DNA of 64,000 nucleotides from Squalus acanthias (lineage: Eukaryota). Position numbers and translations under genes: made by a program. Positions 60,280 to 64,000 of the stretch are shown piece after piece (position 1 is the first letter of the stretch; every line of letters starts with the position of its first letter). A model generated the notes under the pieces. That model ran no database searches and was not told where the DNA came from. It was given only the letters and a program-made list of their open reading frames with translations. The DNA lies in NCBI GenBank assembly GCA_030390025.1, contig CM059432.1:71798001-71862000 (forward strand), read 5' to 3'.

Positions 60280-63225
60280 ATGGCCCAACAGGCAAAAGAG
60301 AGGGCAAGGAGGTTTTCTGATGCGGCACTGGAGGCCTTGGTCCTGGGGGTTCACAGATGACGTGAGGTCCTCTACCCGCAGGGGGGCAGGAGGCCTTTGA
60401 AGCAGCACGCCCAAAAACTGTGGGAGGAAACAGCTCAAGCTGTCAGTGCCACGAGTATTGTTCCCAGGACCTGGATCCAGTGCCGCAAGAAGTTTAATGA
60501 CCTCACATGAGTGGTCAAGGTCAGTGAATGCATCTTCAAATGCCATATCCTGCCAACTGCACCACTAGCCTCATACACTGCTTAATGCACCACACCCCCA
60601 TCACTCACCTACCAACAATCTCTAGCAATCTAATGGAATTGGGGGTAATATACTAGCATGGATTGAGAATTGGTTAACAGACAGAAAACAAAGAGTAGGG
60701 ATAAACAGGTCTTTTTCAGGATGGCAGGCTGTGACTAGTGGGGTACCGCAAGGATCGGTGCTTGGGCCCCAGCTATTCACAATCTATATCAATGATTTGG
60801 ATGAGGGGACTAAATGTAACATTTCCAAATTTGCTGTTGATACAAAGCTAGGTGGCAGTGTCAGTTGTGAAGAGGATGTGAAGAGGCTTCAAGGGGATCT
60901 CGACAGGCTCAGTGAGTGGGCGAGAACATGGCAGATGGAATATAATGTGGATAAATGTGAAGTTATCCACTTTGGTAGAAAAAACAGAAAGGCAGAGTAT
61001 TTCCTAAATGGTGAAAGATTGGGGAATGCAGATGCTCAAAGGGACCTGGGTGTCCTTGTACATGAGTCACTGAAAGTGAATGTGCAGGTGCAGCAAGCCA
61101 TGAGGAAGGCAAATGGTTTGCTGGCCTTCATTACAAGAGGATTTGAGTACAGGAGTAAAGAAGTCTTACTCCAATTATATAAGGCCTTGGTGAGACCACA
61201 CCTGGAGTACTGTGTACAATTTTGGTCTCCTTACCTCAGGAAGCATATACTTGCCATAGAGGGAGTGCAATGAAGGTTCACGAGATTGATTCCTGGGATG
61301 GCGGGACTGTCGTATGAGAAAAGATTGAGTAAACTAGGCCTGTATTCTCTTGACTTCAGAAGAATGAGAGGGGATCTCATTGAAGCATACAAAATTATTA
61401 CAGGGCTTGATAGGATGGATGCTGGGAGAATGTTTTCCTTGGCTGGGGAGTCTAGAACCAGGGGCCATAGCCTCAGGATAAAGGGTAGGCCATTCAGGAC
61501 TGAGATGAGAAGAAATTTCTTCACACAGAGGGTGGTGAATCTTTGGAATTCTCTACCCCAGAGGGCTGTGGAGGCTCAGTCATTGGGTATATTCAAAACA
61601 GAAGTCGATAGATTTCTGACTAGTAAGGGCATCAAGGGATATGGTGATAGGGCTGGTGAATGGAGTTGAGGCAGAAGATCAGCCATGATCTCATTGAATG
61701 GCGGAGCAGGCTCGAAGGGCCGAATGGCCTACTCCTGCTCCTATTTCTTATGTTCTTAATCACCACTCATACCTCACAATCATAGCTTGACCTCACACTC
61801 ACACTTACCACTGCTGAAAGCCTCACACCTTGCACACACTGCCAGCTATTCATCCATGACAGGCACATCACCCAAACACATTGCACCACACTCACTGACA
61901 CACTTCCCTTTCTCTTGCAGGCCAAGGTGGCTCATAACCGCCGGGAGCAGCAGCAGACGGGTGAAGGGGAAGCCCGACTGCAGAAATTCACGGAGCTGGA
62001 GGACACAGTGCTGGAGAGAATCTGAGGAGCCGTCACTGCGTCTGTGGCGAGTGGCAAAGTTGAAAGCATTGCTGATGATGACGATATGCTCATATCTAAT
62101 CCTTCTTCTCACATCCCACTTCCCCCTCATCACACAATCTCTTCTCACTTACAAGCTGCTGAGGGTGTCAGCATGGACATCTTACTTTCCTCCCCTATCC
62201 TCACCACAACAAGACCCTTGTGCATTTCTCCTTTCAGATACCCAAGAAGTCCAACCAGCCCAGCCTGTCCCCGAAGTATTGGAGGAGGAGAGTGAAGGAG
62301 AAGAAGTGGCACCGTCACTCGACACTTCCAAGCATCAGCTCAGAAAATGGAATTGCGTGGACTTTAGAGGGGGTATAGAGGCGGGATCTGCACGTGGGCT
62401 TGTGCCACCGGGCACGAGTGGGCTGCAGCCAGACCAGGGGGAAAGGGTAGCTCAAGTGCCAGCTCCCTGGACGGTGAGTTCGCACACGGATTCTGCTGCA
62501 CAGGACTCAGATGGTGACTTCGATCAGGCAGCCTTCAGAAGAAGGGTGATGGGCATGCTAGGTGCAATGGCAATCCTGCCAGAGAGCCTCTTGTCAGTGT
62601 CAAGGAGCATGGAGGAGTCCGGCTCCAACATTACACAGGGTTTTGCGCAGAGCTTGGAGCCCATGATTTCCAGGATGAAAATGATGGACAACTCCATTAG
62701 AGAACTTATGGACCCAACTATGATGCTTGGTATGATGTGCGATCTTGTAGCTTCCATTGCAGCACAGGCGGAAGTGACCCAACCTCTCAGTGCTGCAGTG
62801 GAAGCTCAAACTGCTCTCCTGCAGTTTCAGCTTGCTGCCATGCAAGATCAGACAGCTGCCATCGTGGCTGGGTCTCCGAGTGTGGAAAGGGGCTTGCAGG
62901 GTGTCACAGCAGTCCAGCAATCTGTCCCCCAACAGATGGCTAGGAATGCTGAGGCGCCGCCCCAGGGGAGTGGGAGTGGCAGTGGCTCCGTGGAGCAAGA
63001 AACTGCTGACCTCTCTCAGGATGACAGCATTCCTACTCCCAGCACTGCCACTCTGCCAGTGTCCTTGCTGTTTCCTGTCATCCAGCCAGCCCAGACTGCT
63101 ACTGCCCATGCTGAGATGCTGCAGTCTACAGCTGGGCCTTATGGATCCACAGCTGCTCGAGGTCATCCTGCAAGGCCATCTGCCGTCTCCCCCACTGAAA
63201 GTCAGCAGTGTTCCACCAGCCATGC
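60280..63225 (+). pseudogene. Harbinger Myb/SANT-like gene (exons 60280-60519, 61921-62083, 62238-~63225)
   Basis: MAQQAKERARRFSDAALEALV...LWEETAQAVS...PRTWIQCRKKFNDLT. Two TGA stops in exon 1, exon 2 donor mutated GT>AT, TATTTAAA at ~60222. Confidence 0.82.
60631..61757 (+). mobile_element. 5'-truncated CR1 in intron 1 of the Myb gene
   Basis: RT ORFs 60731-61273 and 61286-61669, TSD AATC. Confidence 0.92.
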
Positions 63226-63260
63226 ACAGAGCGGGATTAAAAAGGAGTGTACTTAAACAG

Positions 63261-63978
63261 AGGCCTAAAAATTTGGCGCTAACGGGGCGCAAAGCAACTA
63301 GCGCCCGGGCGCAGCGCCGCCAACGCTTCCCGTGAAATTCAGTGGGAGGTTAGCGGCGGCGGTAACCGTTAGCGCCCCACGGTGCTGCGCCGCCGGCGAT
63401 GACATCATCGCCGTGCGCAGCGCCCCGCTTGCACCCCGGCTGCGATCTTCGGTAGCGCCCCCTGACTTACCGCCGGACACTATGTCCGATGGGGTCAGTG
63501 GGGCCTTAATGCGGCCGGGGCAGCGCTAATTAAAGGTGAGGTGCCGGGCGGCCATTTTTGTTGCTGGCCACTTGCCAGCACCTGCCCCCATTGCTGTCCC
63601 CGGCCTCCTGACCAGCCCCCCCGCGGAGTGCCGGCTGCGCTCTGTGAGCCCGGCACTTCTCTTGAGTGCCGGGCACTTTTGCCAGCACTCTGATCCCTGG
63701 TGGCCCAGCTGGGCCCCGGGTCGCGCTGTGCAAGGCCCCTCCCCTTTAAGAAGGGGAGGAAGGCCTGCAGTACCGCAGCGCGATGTGCCGCAGCGCGTGT
63801 TGCTGCGGCACATAGCGTCGTGATATTCACTCGCAGCGCCCCAGGAAGGAGGCGGGGTGCTTTCAGTAGCGCCCCACCTCCCTCTTGGGGCGCTACCGAT
63901 GAATTTCAGCCACGGGGGCGCTAATTTTTTCGGGGCGCTAAAAGTAGCAAAAGAGGGTGCGACTCAATTTTTGCCCCC
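63261..63978. mobile_element. Harbinger-type GC-rich MITE
   Basis: GGCCTAAAAATTTG / CAATTTTTGCCCCC ends, TSD CAG. Shares ggcgctaacggggcgcaaagcaactag with 776-802. Confidence 0.75.
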
Positions 63979-64000
63979 CAGAGTGTTTTATTTGGGAATT

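Larger units (their letters stand above)
59255..63225 (+). mobile_element. Harbinger Myb/SANT-side fragment (same family as 30871-33427) with nested MITE and CR1
   Basis: Starts TTA|GGAGATGAAATTGGATAAAG and is collinear with the reverse complement of 33427-31468. Confidence 0.85.

Noticed and set aside
61787..63256. 489-aa ORF as a novel host gene
   Set aside because: It reads through intron sequence and exon 2 out of frame, then exon 3, of a Harbinger Myb/SANT pseudogene whose exon 1 has stops.

Overview
This is eukaryotic, repeat-dominated DNA, most likely from a cartilaginous fish (inferred from HER1-like CR1 LINEs and SacSINE1-like DeuSINEs). No host protein-coding exon could be identified with confidence. 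The window is a nest of transposable elements: many CR1 and L2 fragments, a young Penelope-like element (RT + GIY-YIG) with a 1.33-kb inverted duplication, a full-length Vingi LINE, a 1.68-kb solo LTR, a hAT MITE, and many PIF/Harbinger elements (a transposase pseudogene, Myb/SANT-only derivatives and MITEs). Three observations stand out. (1) A ~3.2-kb ORF1-less LINE has a tRNA-derived Pol III head and is almost free of T4 terminators on its sense strand, with a head+tail SINE derivative nearby. (2) An HDV-like ribozyme fold sits at the exact 5' end of the Vingi element. (3) Three minimal hammerhead ribozymes with covarying stems lie in Penelope 3' ends. Family names and boundaries were assigned by eye; no searches were run.
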